A stretch of DNA of 62,867 bases, counting the filler, from Octopus bimaculoides (lineage: Eukaryota), in assembly GCF_001194135.2 (NCBI RefSeq). It is 4 parts of 3 records of this genome, joined end to end, with 100 filler letters (N's around TTAATTAATTAA, not from the genome) between each part and the next. Parts side by side here need not be neighbours in the genome. Positions count along the whole stretch, not along the records: positions 19,108 to 48,478 come from NC_068983.1; 3 more parts are not named here. One strand, given 5' to 3'. The position numbers and the translations under genes are program-made. A model generated the notes under the pieces. It had not been told where the DNA came from. It saw only the letters and a program-made list of their open reading frames with translations, and did not search any database. Each line of letters begins with the position of its first letter. Positions within the stretch are counted from its first letter, which is position 1. Positions 26,451-39,744 of this stretch are shown here, in pieces.

Positions 26451-27342
26451 AGTCAGACAGCAAATGTAGAATCTGCAGAAAAGGAGAGGAAAGTATCAAT
26501 CAACATTTCAGTGAGTGCAGTATACTAGCACAAAAGGAGTATAAATGCAGACATGACTGTGTAAGCAAAAGAGTGTATTGGGATGTTGGCTGAGAGTGTG
26601 ACTTCAAAATAACAGAAAAGTGGTATGAACATGGAACCACAAGCTGTGATAGAAAATGAGAATTACAGGATCTTGTGGGAGCCAAGGTGACTGTGGAAGA
26701 TCAAGGCCTGAAATTGTGTGGGAGGGGCCTAGTCAATTACATCTACCTCAGTGTGTAACTGGTACCCATTTAATCATCCCCAAAAGGATGAAAGATAAAC
26801 CTCAGGGGAATTTGAACTCAGACCATAAGGATGGATGAACAAACCCCACAAGGAGTCACCGAAAATGAGAACTGTAAAATCCTGTAGGATGTAATAATCC
26901 AGTGTGATCCCCTGACCAGACATTGTTGTGGTGAATAGAAAAGAAAGAACATGTATGATTATCAACATAACTTGCCCTGGTGACAACAAGATCAATATGA
27001 AAGAAGAAGAAAAAATAAAACAACTATGATGATTTAAAGTGGGAAATATGAAGGTTGTGGTCGATGAAGAGAGTAGATGTGATACGAATAGTAATTGGTG
27101 CAGTTGGAAGTATCAGCACTCAACTATCAACATGGCTGAAAATGATTGGTGCAAGTGTGACGGTAGAACACCTACAAAAATCAGTATTGCTCAGAAGTGC
27201 AATAATTCTTTGCAGAGTTTTTGAAGCATGACCAGTAAAACAAGTGTCACCTTAGTCTTTGTCTGTGGACAGCTGATACTTTCCATCATACCCAGCAAAA
27301 TAAGCTGTGAGTTTTCATATGATAATAATATTAATAATAATA
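26451..27342 (+). mobile_element. R4/Dong-like (REL endonuclease) non-LTR retrotransposon 3' fragment with (TAA)n tail
   Basis: CRICRKGEES...EC..LAQKEYKCRHD (CCHC knuckle), EKWYEH, PDIVVVNRKERTCMII..TCPGD (PD..D REL core), WSMKRVDVIRIVIGAVG...LQKSVLL; many stops and frameshifts. Confidence 0.8.
26690..26835 (-). mobile_element. SINE family C fragment nested in the R4-like element
   Basis: Matches 36333-36510 and the reverse complement of 34190-34390 (gaatttgaactcag; aggcctgaaatt). Confidence 0.6.
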
Positions 27343-27839
27343 ACCTGCAGTAGAATAGAAATTTAGGAGGCAATCAAATACTTCATTAGTGTGAAGAAAA
27401 TGTAGAAAATAGGGTCCTCTCCTAGTTAGTCCATCTGTCATTATGGATCTAAAAGACTGTACTAGAAAAGGGGCTAATATAGTTAATATCATAATGTCAC
27501 TGGGAGTAAGGATCATCTTGGCAGGATGAAAGACAACCCTAACCCTAATTCTGTCTTTGTACACCACTTCAGTGATGTTTCATAATCTTTAGAGTTGATT
27601 GTTAAACTAATTACTTTTTTTCATTATTATGGATGCAATTCTAATTCAAATCTCTTCACTTCGTAGATTAAGTTTATACAAACTGTATTGTCTTTTTTTC
27701 ACGCTGAACATGTCTTTCGGTACGCTTCCGTTGACCTCTGTATTATCTTAGAGAATACTAAGCACTGGATAAACTATAGACACCAAGAATTTAGAACTAG
27801 TAAAGGGTGTTATTATATTAGAAGGAAAATTGATGATAA

Positions 27840-28260
27840 CATACCATCACTTAACATCTGTTTTCCATGCTGGCATGGGTTGGATGATTTGACACGATCC
27901 GACAAGCCAGAGAACTACCTGCATCATTTTCCAATGTCTGCTTAAGCATAGCTGCTATGGTTGGTACCTCTTCCTAATGCCAACCATTTAGAGAGTGTAC
28001 CAAGTGTTTTTTTACATAGCACTGATACCAGTGAGGTTACCAAGTAACTCACAAGACAAGACTCCACCTCAACTAAGGAGAAGTGGGTTGTCGTGGTGAG
28101 GGAGGTGATGAGAGGTTAAGAGTATGGTAGAGGGAGAGGAACAGGTGTGTTGCTGTGGGGGAGAGATACATGGTTACCCCAGGTGGAAAAGAGAGGAGAT
28201 GGTGGTGAAGATGTGTCAGGAAAGAACATCAAAGAAGTGGAGCAGAGGAGTGGACAGGGC
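27840..28260 (-). mobile_element. Family B / RTE 3' UTR copy
   Basis: ttaacatctgttttccatgctggcatgggttgga start plus the acaggtgtgttgctg...gagatacatggttaccc block shared with 20120-20180 and 35440-35480. Confidence 0.7.
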
Positions 28261-28929
28261 AAACGAGTACAAACAAGTGAAAGAAGATTCTGTTAAATAC
28301 ATGAAGAAGATCTAAGACTCCATTTGAAACCACAACCTGCCTCATGGTTGCCTGTAATGGAGTACATTCTGGTTATGTTTTGCAGTCTAAGGATTTGTTA
28401 TCTCATCAGACTGAGACCCTGAAAAAGATCATGAGTGTTGTCCCTTTTTAATCTATTAAACCATAAAAATAAAACAATAAAAAAACCCAAAAGAAATCCA
28501 CCCAAGTGATTGAAACTTGTTGTAATACAAATCAACCTCACAGACATCAAGCTGTCCTTTCATTTAACTTTCTCTAATGCTATTACAATGGCCTCCGTTC
28601 CTTGAAGACAACTGGTTATGTATCACCACCTCCCTCCAACACTCATTCCCCTTCCATTTGTCACCTGTTCTGTGTCATAGGCATACACAGGCTCCCCACA
28701 CTACTCCTGTTTTTTTTTTTCCTTCATCCCTCTGGAATTTCCTCCCCATTCTGGTCTTTTTTTTTTCACAGTCGTCAATCATCAGTTATATTAACAACAA
28801 CAGTGATCTGACCTGACTAGGTGGGCCTTTAAGGGTCACAAATACAGACCAAATCTTAAAAACAAAGTTGTAGTGTTGGGTTACAGCAAAATTTAAACAT
28901 TTAGCATTGAATGTGAAAGCAATACATAC

Positions 28930-29057
28930 TGACTACATGGAAGATGGCATCACAAGCACTGATATTTGAAAGGAAAGCATTTCCAAGTCCCTTTCCTTCA
29001 TGTGCTCCTTGGACAAGACCAGCAATATCAACAACATTCAGGAAAGCGGGAACTTTA
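28930..29057 (-). CDS. OLA1: OLA1 coding exon 4: [42 protein letters not shown]
   Basis: Acceptor ctttgtag|t, donor a|gtatgt; 128 nt; G3 motif DIAG and the GLGNAFL signature. Confidence 0.97.
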
Positions 29058-29260
29058 CTACAAAGCAAAAACAAACACAAAAAAAAAACAATATAAATAT
29101 GAAATAAAACATTTTTCACTGATTTGTTTTGGCTGGAAACACAAAACATTTTTGAACAATGGAATACTAATGACATTGTACATTGTGTTATCACTGATTT
29201 AATTGTTGTTTATGAAGAAGGTATCCAAGGAAATTTCCTTTCACTCCTTTAAATTGTCAC

Positions 29261-29321
<61 letters not shown>

Positions 29322-30127
29322 TACATGTATATATCATTCATCATTGGTTTTGGACAGAACTGGTAATGATGACAAATACCTGAAGTTGTTTGGTAAAACT
29401 AAAACATGTCTACAGATGTTAACCCTATCAATTTAAATTTCTGACTTGTCTCCTCTATCTTTCTTAAACAGAATTAATCATTATGCAAATCAGTTTTCTG
29501 TTTCATTATGGTGTGAATTTAATTAAAATGTTGGTGTTCACTGCATTAATTAGTTAGCACTGATTAAATATGAATTAATAGCACAGTACCTTAACATCAC
29601 AACTGTTGTACTACTGGGACTTTATATTTACAGAGAGAGAGAGAGAAAGAGAAATAGCTGAATGGCCAAGTAGTAATGGACTATCAATTGCTACGTGAAG
29701 TAGTCAGCAATGGTATTTCAGTGTATTCCTCAGACTGAAATGTTTCCTGCACAATGGCTACCTCCTTCATCCAGCTGGCTTACAGGTCTAATCCTTTGTT
29801 ACTATGGATATATGTTCTACTTAACAATCTCTTGTTAGACCTAATATCCCAGACTGCATTTTTAAAATGGCCTTCATGTAGAAGATATTGCCTTAGTGGA
29901 GGAGACATGACCATGATGGAGGTGGCATGAACTTGATAGAAGGGGCATAAATCCTGAAGGAAGGAACATGACCTTGGTAGAGGGGGCATGACCTTGGTGG
30001 AGAAAGTATTACCCTGGAGAGTGTACGTCTCTGGACATACTCTAGTTAACAGTAACACAAAGAGCAGTGAATCAGTGGTTATTGTATATAGCCGAATGAA
30101 TCTTTACACACAATCAATAAGATTTAG

Positions 30128-30480
30128 GTGTGGCCTAAGAAAGGTGATGTTTTAGATAAAAATAACTACAGGGGTATCAAACTGCTGGATCAGGTGATGA
30201 AGGTCATGGAGAGGGTCATAGCCCAACTAATTAGGGAGATAGTTAGTCTAGATGAGATGCAGTTTGGTTTTGTGCCAGGTAGAAGCACCACTGATGCTAT
30301 ATTCCTGGTACGGCAACTGCAGGAGAAATACATAGCCAAAGATAAACCCCTGTATTTGGCTTTTGTTGACTTGGAGAAAGCCTTTGACAGGGTCCCCTGA
30401 TCCCTTATCAGGTGGGCGATGCAGAAACTGGGGATTGACGAATGGTTAATAAGGGCTGTACAGACCCTATACAGAATTTG
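30128..30480 (+). mobile_element. RTE LINE reverse transcriptase fragment
   Basis: NNYRGIKLLDQVMKV...QFGFVPGRSTTDAIF...LAFVDLEKAFDRVP*SLIRWAMQKLG. Confidence 0.9.
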
Positions 30481-30489
30481 ATAGATTCT

Positions 30490-31560
30490 TGACTGCTCTC
30501 TCAAAGTCAGAGAAAATTATCCATTTTGATGACTTCAACTATAGTTGGAGTCGGCCAAATGTCATGGAAGTCACTGATAGACATGGCACTGGAAGCTGCA
30601 ACAGAAACAAGATAGACTGATTTTATAGGATCCCACCTCATCCCTGCCCGTCTGCAACAAGATATTGTGCATACACAACCACTTCCAAAACGAGTATCTG
30701 CTGGGATGAGAAATTGGTGGGATTTAAGGAGATCAAGGGTGTGGAGCAAACTGCAGGACAAATCATTGATGGATCATGTTGAAAATGAAGATGCCCATCC
30801 AATCCAAAAAGACCCCAGGCACAGAAGATACCCAAGAGACTTAAGAGTAACAAAGACAATCTCAGCTAATTTCTTCACAGGTTTAAACAACAGAAGAATT
30901 CAGACTCCACTGAAAAACAATCATCTCCTTCAAGGACATTGTCTACCGAAGTGCTCAGAACATGTTGGAGCAACCATTCACAACAACCAGGACCAGTTCA
31001 CTGAAAATGAAGAGATCAAGGTCTACAGGCAGAGTAGAATCAACATCTTCGGTGCCAAAGTAGCCAATAAGAAAGCAGCTGAATCCCCCAAGATCTGCCA
31101 TACAGTGGAGTGAGGATTTTAAGAATCCTGGCTCAGCAGTAAGGCAGTCAACCAGGGTCTGAAGTAATTCTATGATGCACTGAAGTTTACCCATTTGCCC
31201 TTGGGCCATGACCCACTCCTCAGTGCTGGCATCCAAACATTGCTCACAGAGAAATGGTAGATGCTGAAGCAATGGATAGAACACTGTGCCCAACCATCAG
31301 GAAGGCTACTGACTGTATGGTCATAGGTGGAGATGAATCATGAGCTTCACTTCCCACCCATACTTGCAGAAGTCATAAAAGTAATCTCACAGATGTCCTG
31401 TAGCAAGGCTCCTGGTCCAGACAACGTTCTTGTAGAGATGTGTAAAGTAGATGAGATGGTCACTCTTGTACAGCTAAAGAAAAGGGAACTGCTAGATATG
31501 GGATAACCACAGGGCAATCTCCCCACTGTCTATTGCTAACAAAAATCCTGCTCAGCCAAG
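30490..31560 (+). mobile_element. Heavily decayed second RTE-type LINE (endonuclease to RT start)
   Basis: Remnants resembling (G)DFN..VG, HGTGSCN and KAPGPDNVLVEMCK across shifting frames. Confidence 0.55.
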
Positions 31561-31961
31561 GATAAGAACTGTTCCCAGATTCTATGCTATTTTCTCACAT
31601 TCTATTTTGATTTTTCCAAATACCTTCTTTTGTTTTATAAAATCTCTCAGATTAATTGAATCCCCATTTCATGGTCACATGATCATATGTATGAATTATT
31701 CTGTATGACAGAGCACCTGTATACTTCATAGCCAAGAAATATTCCTCCTTTTACATTATTAATTAGCACAGCTAATTAGTTCTCACCTCTAACTTGCAAT
31801 GTCTCTATATTGTGATGTTAAAACAAAATATCAGTGTTAAATGAGGGTCTGGGAGTAATTAAAAGATGTGAATCCAAAGACCATTCGTGTGTTAATGATA
31901 AGTGGCAGGTAATTGAAAATAGGGAATAAACAAAAGAGTAATATCTTTCTGGGAAGCTTAC

Positions 31962-32022
31962 CTGGCAGGTTTGTAAAACTCACAAAGGTAATCAAATCTC
32001 TCATCGGGCACTGCAACACGAC
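31962..32022 (-). CDS. OLA1: OLA1 coding exon 3: (S)RVAVPDERFDYLCEFYKPA(S)
   Basis: Acceptor tgttgcag|gt, donor ag|gtaagc; 61 nt; matches OLA1 SRVPVPDERFDFLC. Confidence 0.95.
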
Positions 32023-32835
32023 CTGCAACAAATGAGAATGCACGGCTGAAGAAATGATGGAAGCAACGGAATCAAACAGGATATTTGAGCTAATTAACCA
32101 ATTCAATTGGTTTGAGAGTTAGATCACAGGAGTGACACGACTCAAATAGATTTAGGGGCCACTATAATACCATCATGTATACAAACGAAAGAGCATTCAA
32201 TACACTGTGTAGAGTTTACAGACAAACAGTTGAATGTCAATAATCTGTTTCATGTGTTAAAAGGTGTGTCTCTTCAATCAGACATTCACCATTGGACTCG
32301 AAAGGCAGGTCCTTATTGGTTGAGATAGAGGTCATGTCATTGAAATTGTTGCAGGTCACTGATGTAAGACACGACAGAAGGCTATGACAATGCAAAAGAA
32401 GCAACTGGGCCAAGATGGCCATTCATTACCAAAGAAGTCCATCACTTGGTTCCTCTATGGCTGCAGTCACTATTTTCTGACAAAGTGATTGTCAGTGACT
32501 GGAACTGAAAATCAACTTAGATTTTTCTGAGGACGGACATTGCAGAATATGCAGTTTCTGAGGAAGCTGTTGGCACAGCGGGATCCAAACTTATCAATAA
32601 TCAATAAGGACCTACCTGGTTTCCAAGTCACAAACGGTTAAACCTTCATTCAGAGTGAATACCTGAATTATTAAGACACATTTGATATTGTTTCAGCCAG
32701 CAACTGTTTATTTATAGACAGTTTAAGGCAGATTATTCCAATTCACTTAACCCATTTTAACAGTGAATCCCAGTAAAAAAATATTATTAAAAAAAACTAA
32801 AAAAAAAAAAAAAAAGAAGAAAAATGGCTACTTAC

Positions 32836-32918
32836 TTTCATTTGGGTCTATAGTACAAAATGGGAAATTCTCTGCTGAGGCTTGACTTTTAGTGAGAACA
32901 TTGAAAAATGATGACTTC
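32836..32918 (-). CDS. OLA1: OLA1 coding exon 2: (G)[27 protein letters not shown]
   Basis: Acceptor catttag|g, donor a|gtaagt; 83 nt; completes GKS and carries the G2 motif FPFCT; phase fits both neighbours. Confidence 0.96.
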
Positions 32919-33229
32919 CTAAATGAAAGAAGATAAAAATGAATTTGAAACTTTTTGATAAATACTTGGACCATTAGGGGTCACATGGAGCCATTTGGAT
33001 CAAATGTTCAAAATGAAAGAAACAAAAGACTAAACTAAGTAAACAACAGAAAAACTTTACTGTTTGAAAAATGTTTCTTCTTATTTCAAAACAAATTAAT
33101 TAGTGTTCTCTAATTGCGGAAGGAAACTGTGGAAGAGGTAGACCCAGAAAGACAGGGGACAAGGAGATGAAGTGTGATCTTCAGATGTTGAGTCTCAGAA
33201 GATGTGTCAAGCGAAGTGAAATTGTGGTC

Positions 33230-33445
33230 GTGGCCTAATGATGGTGATGTGTGAAGGGCATCCATGTTAGTGACGTGTAAAAGCATCCAGTACGCTCTAT
33301 GGAGTGGCTGCTGGCGTTAGGAAGGGTATCCAGCTGTAGAAACCAAACCAAAACAGACTGGAGCCTGGTGCAGCTCCCTGGCTTACAGCCTTCAGTCAAA
33401 CCATCTAACCCCTGCCAGCATGGAAAATAGACATCAAATGACAAT
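33230..33445 (+). mobile_element. Family B copy
   Basis: ggcgttaggaagggtatccagctgtagaaacc...ccagcatggaaaatagacatcaaatga. Confidence 0.75.
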
Positions 33446-33717
33446 GAATGATGTTAATTTTTTTTTTTCAAGTATTAACAAAGTCAGTCCTATATTAGAT
33501 AATTCAAGAAGTTATATCACAAATCTGGGTAGTTTAATTTTCTAATTTTTGTTTACATCATCATCATCATCGTTTTAACGTTACATAGACAATAAAGAAT
33601 GCCCTTATTGGTTTCTGAAAGAATTTTGATAATCAATATGAAGTTAGACAGAACAGTTTTATTTCATTGATTTACTTTCAACTGAAATTTGATAATGTTT
33701 ATCTTGCCCCAACTTAC

Positions 33718-33815
33718 CCAACATTAGGAAGACCAACAATTCCAATTTTTAAATTAGTGCCAACTCGACCAATTAGAGGAGGAATTTGAACTTCTTCTTT
33801 CTTTTTTGGTGCCAT
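33718..33815 (-). CDS. OLA1: OLA1 coding exon 1 (start codon, G1/P-loop): [32 protein letters not shown](G)
   Basis: ATG at 33815, one base after acceptor ttttccag|a; donor GG|gtaagt. Matches the YchF/OLA1 N-terminus ([20 protein letters not shown]). 98 nt. Confidence 0.96.
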
Positions 33816-34189
33816 TCTGGAAAATAAGATTTATTAATTATTAGAATTAACTTCAAAACAAAGATCCAATAACATAACAGCATTGTACCACAATAATTTA
33901 ACACAGTAATAGAACATAATGTAACAATATTGTAACATTGTGATGTACCATGATAATAAAACAGTAACTGTGGACCCAGGGTGGCTCTTACTGAGCAGGA
34001 ATATGGTCAAAGACGTTCCAGTCATGATCATTCTCTCTCTCTCTCTCTCCCAAAAGAGGGATAAAAGGCTCCTTTACATGTCTCAAAATAATTTCTAAAA
34101 AAATCAATGTTCATTAAAGTTGAATTGTTCTCTCATTCAATCTTTGAAAAGACAAGAACATATGAGACATTAATACTTTTTACTTCATT

Positions 34190-34390
34190 AAGGTGACAAG
34201 CTGGTAGAATCATTAACGCACTGCGTAAAGTGCTTAGCGGTATTTCATCTGTCTTTACGTTCTGAGTTAAAATTAGCCTTTCATTCTTTCAGGGTCAATA
34301 AAATAAGTACCAGTTGTGTATTGGGGTTTCAATGTATTTCACTTATCTCTCCCCTTAAATTACTGGTCTTCTGCCAAAATTTGAAACCAA
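34190..34390 (+). mobile_element. SINE family C copy
   Basis: aaggtgacaagctggtagaatc...ttctgagtt...aataaaataagtaccagtt...ccaaaatttgaaacca; homologous to 36333-36510 (minus). Confidence 0.7.
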
Positions 34391-34987
34391 TATATTTAGC
34401 TGTTATTTTCTTTTTAAACATTATTTCAGCTATTTTCTTCTCAAATCTGCAGTGAAAATGACTGTCAGGATCCCCAAATTCTTTAATATCAGAATTGCAG
34501 TCAAGAAGACTCATTCTGTATTTTGGTAGAATTAAAATATTTGCAATGGATTTCATCAAAAGGGAAACATTGGTAAATAAATTAGTTTTATTCAATGGGT
34601 TTCATTAAAAAAGCTTATTAATTTCTTGAACACATTTTAAAATTGAATGTAAAAAACAAATCTAAAATACATTCTACAAAAAAAAGAAAAAAATTCATAC
34701 AACTGATTAGCAGTTCTACAACCCAAACTTCCAAGTGTCTGGAGAGACATTCAACACCATCATCATCATCGTTTAACGTCCGCCTTCCATGCTAGCATGG
34801 GTTGGACCAATTACAAAGAATAACACAGTTCTGAACAGAGGTAATGATGGAACTTTGTAAATTCCTGATAGAAACTATTGTTAACTTTCTTCCATGACAG
34901 AAATATTGTCAGTTCTAAAACCCAAATGATTTTTAATGTCTAATTTCTTTTTGCTTCCATTTTTTATCTAAACAGTCTACATTTCTC

Positions 34988-35590
34988 ATCATCATCATCA
35001 TTTAACGTCCCTGTTCCATGCTGGCATGGGTGGGACAGTACCACAAGAGCTGGTCAGGCTGAAGCATCCACCGAACTTCTGTGACTGTTTTGGCAGGACT
35101 TTAACAGCTGGATGCCCTTCCTAACACCAACCAATCAGCAGAGTGGACTGAGTGCTTTTTCATGTGGTACAAGCACAGGTGAGGTCAGTTTTGGTAAGGT
35201 TTTTACAGCTGGATGCCCTTCCGAACACCAACCACTTTACAGTGCAGACTGGGTGCAATTAAGTGGCACCTGCACTGACAGGGTCACCAAGTACTTGCAA
35301 GACAAAAACTTTTAAGAGGAGAGGAGGCATTGGAGGAGGTGATGATGAAAAGGTTATGGTAAGACAGATACAGGTATCTTGCTGAAGAGGAAGTTCAAGA
35401 TTAGCCAGCTGGAGAGAGAAAGACCAGGGATGAAGACAGAAACAGGTGTGCTACTGCAAAGGAAATACACGGTTGCCAAGCCTGAGGGAAGGGCAGGAGA
35501 AGGAGAGAGAGAGAGGGAGATCGCAGGGTGGAGATGGTGACAAAATGCCGGGCATGCTCACAAGGAACAGGGATCAGAGTATTATCTAAA
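34988..35590 (-). mobile_element. Family B / RTE 3' UTR copy (short extra tail fragment at 34757-34808)
   Basis: (cat)n-ttaacgtcc...ccatgctggcatggg start; same downstream block as 19786-20260. Confidence 0.75.
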
Positions 35591-35879
35591 AATATAAACT
35601 CATGAAATGTAGGCACAACTTTTGGAGGTTCTTAACCAAAACACACGACCCCTGTGGAAGCTTGTTGACTGTGGATGTCAATAGATTCATCAAATGAAAC
35701 TTTAGCATTCAAACTGACCATATCTGGCCCACATATTCAGCTTTTTGTTCGAACCATCCAGATCTAGTCTTTCAGACCTTCCCTACAATGTCATTTTTAA
35801 AATAAACAATATTATCATTGAAATCTCGAAGTTATCGAGGAATGTAAGAGGTTGTAAGATGTGCTAAAAATAACAGCTA

Positions 35880-37400
35880 AATAGCCCTTAAATCACACAC
35901 GAAAACTTTTTGTGGGTGGAGGCGAGGTCATAATCGTATGAATTCCCGTGTGTAGAACACAAATTCGCAAAATTTTTCTGAAATTTCCGAAAGATAAAAC
36001 AGTTATATAGGGTTGAAGGCGAAGGTGTGCTCATGCTTTACCTCGGCCGAGTTATATATATATGTGTGTGTGTGTGTGTGTGGTGCTTAAATCAGAATTC
36101 CGCGACTTTGGTAATTAAGCCAATTAGACGGTAATTAGGTAAACAATAGAGTTAAACAAGGCGAGGATTACCAATGCTTACAGCATGGTGCCAAGTGGAT
36201 TACTGAACAATTTCCAAGACAGAAGGAATATATTTGTTGAAGAATTATTTAATCTGTGCACAACCACGAACATCTCAATATATTCCGGACAAATTAATTA
36301 CAAATAATAATAATAATAATAATAATAATAATCGTTTCTACTATAGGCACGAACTCTGAAATTTGTGGGTCGTAGATTACAGGATGCCAGTGCGTAATTG
36401 GTATTTACTTTCATCGATCCTCAACGAATGAAAGACAAAATCGACATCGGCGGAATTTGAACTCAGAAATGCCGCTTCGTATTATTTAGTTGGTCGATTC
36501 TGCCAAGTTAACCGAATAATGATAGATTTAAAAAGTTGCATCTGAAACAACACAGTTTGACGATGCATAAATAAAAAAAAAACTGATAATGGATTAAAAT
36601 AATTATTTAATTGATGCAAATATAGATTGTTGGTGGAAGTAATTTAGTAAAAAGCGAGTTTTAAGTGTTGAGAAGATCGCAACTTTACCATAAAAAGTGA
36701 ACATTGGTAAGAAACGAACAATTGAAATTGATCAATGCGGAATTGTTTAGTGATCGAGGTCGGGTTTGGTGTTAAATTATTGAAATATCAAAGTTGTTAG
36801 CCGTAAAATAACACAAAATATAGAAATATAGAAGATACACGTGTTAGGAAGGATGTCAGAACAACAAGGTACTTATATACAGTCATCATCATGTTATAAA
36901 TATATATAGAAATAGGATTTCATTTGTGCAGCATTATTAAATGAAGATCACCGTAAATTTATTAAATTGAGGTAAATATATATTTTACAAAAGAGGAAAT
37001 AAATTAAGGTAAAAAGGTTTTAAATAAATAAATAAATGTGTGTGTGTGTGTGTGTATAGATATGTATATATATGTGTGTGTGTGTGTGAAGTGTAATCTC
37101 ACCTGCTGCTTAGTGAAGATGCTGGCAAGTGTTGAAAATACCAAAATATGATGTAATAATAATATATTGGATTGTATTTACATGAATTAACCGGTCCGGT
37201 TTAGTGTGGCGAGTTTAATATAAGAGAGAGAGAGAGACAGAGACAGACAGAGAGAAACAAAGAGAGAAAGTGTGTGTGTGTGTGTGGGGGGGGGAATAGA
37301 TAGAAGGGGTAAAGGTGAGGTTGAGAAAGAGAGAGAGAAAGCCGGAAGTTGTTCAAAGTTATCTTCTCCTTAACAACCTCAGTTGATTCCAATTTCTTTT
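35880..37400 (-). promoter_or_regulatory. Candidate OLA1 promoter / non-coding first exon(s)
   Basis: The ATG exon starts at a splice acceptor, so an upstream 5'UTR exon is required. CpG is locally abundant. Minus-strand donors CAG|GTGAGA (exon end 37103) and GAG|GTAAAG (exon end 36042). ETS-like CCGGAAGT near 37343. Confidence 0.4.
36333..36510 (-). mobile_element. SINE family C copy ending at an (AAT)n tract
   Basis: gaactctgaaatttgtggg...aattggtatttactttcatcgatcc...ggcggaatttgaactcag; CpGs preserved here. Confidence 0.7.
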
Positions 37401-39744
37401 CATTTTAGAAAATCTGCATCTTTTTTGTTGATGAAGTATTTTAGCAATGTAATAACGTTTCTAAACGTTTAAGTTTATATTTAAAAAACTAATAATTTTA
37501 AGATAATCTTTATAGAGAACTTGTGAAAAATGTAATGAGAATATATTAAACTTATCAATACATTTTTGTTTTTCCTCTAAAAGTTTCGTTTTTCACCTGA
37601 CAGTTTCAACTTTTCGAGATTTCTTGTCCCCGTTTGTATTTCTTGGGGCACCTAGTCCTGTTACTACGTTTGTAACATTAAACCTGTTTTTACAATAATA
37701 GCCTAATTTTGTTTTTAGTATCTGATCTCTGTTTAGATTTTGCCTAGTTCTCGTTTCCTTGCACCACCCAAAATAGTGTAACGTGTCCTGTCTGAGGGTG
37801 ATTGGTGGAATTATTTCCAGAATTTGTTTTTATTGATTGAAATATTTCTAAGCCCGAGAAGAAGCCTGACAGTATTAATGACTGGCAATCTCGGGTATTT
37901 TGGGACATAGAACTGCTAGGCGCCTGAGACCAAATGGCTTAGTCTTTATCCCTCGTTACTTTAGAATAAATTAAGTTTCTTGTTTTATGTCTCTCCTGGA
38001 TAAACGATAAAAATATTCGAGTTGAGGAGCAAAAAGTGAAAATAGGTGAAAATCGAAACTAACGAGGGATCGTTGAATCCTTAAAAAAAAAAACCATCAG
38101 GTCAATATTTATACACTAAATTATTTCTTTTAACATAAACAGAATCAGGCCTTTGTCCTAACTTCACTTTGATGCTCCGCTACTCGACTTTATTTCCTCA
38201 TAACTTTCTGAAAAATGCATATTTATAATGAAACCTTCCAGGCACAACATTTTCGATTACTATAATGCTGATAACATTTTAGAAAGAAAATTCTTTTAAA
38301 TGGTGGGGAGAAGGAGTTTCATTTTACCAACTGAAATTTGTTTCCATCAAATTTCTGTAACTTTACCATTTTTCTTNNNNNNNNNNCCCTTCTCAAATTT
38401 CTACGCTTGAGACATAAACATCACGTATTCTACCCTCAAAAACGTGTCCATCAAAATCATAATTAAAAATTTTGTAAAGAAAGTTGGCCGTGAGGAGAAT
38501 GATTGGAAACTCCATCACAAATTTTTTCAATTTTCTCAATATAATCGTAATCTATACATTCAAAAATGTACTTCTGAAAATTTTAATCAAAACATTTTTT
38601 TTAATAAAAAAAATAAATAAACAAACCAGTGAAACCTTTTATATTTTGAAACTAAGTACGTTTGAGGCTTCATTATAATGATGATTAATAAACCAAATTA
38701 GTCACCGCTATAATTTCAAAATGAGAGTATCAGTTTATTTCAACCATACTCACAAACTCAAGAGAAGGTCCCTTTAATATGCGTGACTGCAGTATAACGG
38801 ACAAGTTTTAAATATCTGCTGCAGTAATCTTGTGCTGCTTGTTGAGTGAGTCATCAAGGTTTACTGTAGTCATTGAAACTCCGTTCAGACCACTTGTGGC
38901 ATTTCAGCTGTGGATTAGTTGATATATTTTAGTTTAACTATAAAGATGATTTAGGGAACAAATGCCGAAAGCAGAAGAAAGTTAATCTGTTTTCATATTC
39001 AAAGCATTTTTTTTTTTGATATCCCTAATTTATAGTAAATTTGATATTGTTCAATTTAACCATTTCAATTTTATGTAATCATTTACTGTTAATCTCTTGA
39101 CAAAGAACAAGATGCCAACTTCATTTACAACCATGAGTCAGAAGAGACAGGAAATATCCTTGGTACTGTCGCTTTGGCAATTGTAGAGATACAGGAATAT
39201 AAAGGACATACTTCATTTTTAGCCCCTTTACTGAATATAAATATAACTGGATTAATATTGGGTTCAAATTGTTAGAGGATCCATACATATATCAAGGGCA
39301 CCCCAGGAGGGAGCAAATGTAGAGTGATTGATGTATTCATGTGAAGAAAGATTAGGCATCTAACAGCAACAAGGACGATCACCAGCACCGCCGCGGTCGC
39401 CACCACGAGCACCACGAACGACAACTGACCCAGCATCAGCCACTCCTTCATTCAACCCACAGTCGATGACCAAGTTGGCAGCCCATGCTGCAGCAACAAT
39501 TACAGCTACAGCAAACACTTTGGACCAGCTCTAATTTACCTACGTTTTCATATCATTAACTACTAAATCAAAATAAATTCAATTTATTGCATCTTTAACG
39601 ACTTCAGATATTGCTTATGAGAAGAAAAAAAAAAGGCAGCGACAGTGTATTTATTTTAAAAGTGGATAAAACAAATTCTCATTACGGGGATGGGGGTGAT
39701 ATTCTAACTGGGGGTGCTGAGCACCCCATAGCACCCCCGTGGTT

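Noticed and set aside
28360-28420. Minus-strand CTGATGA (28409-28403) with small hairpins
   Set aside because: No GAAA or cleavage triplet in the right geometry; likely chance.
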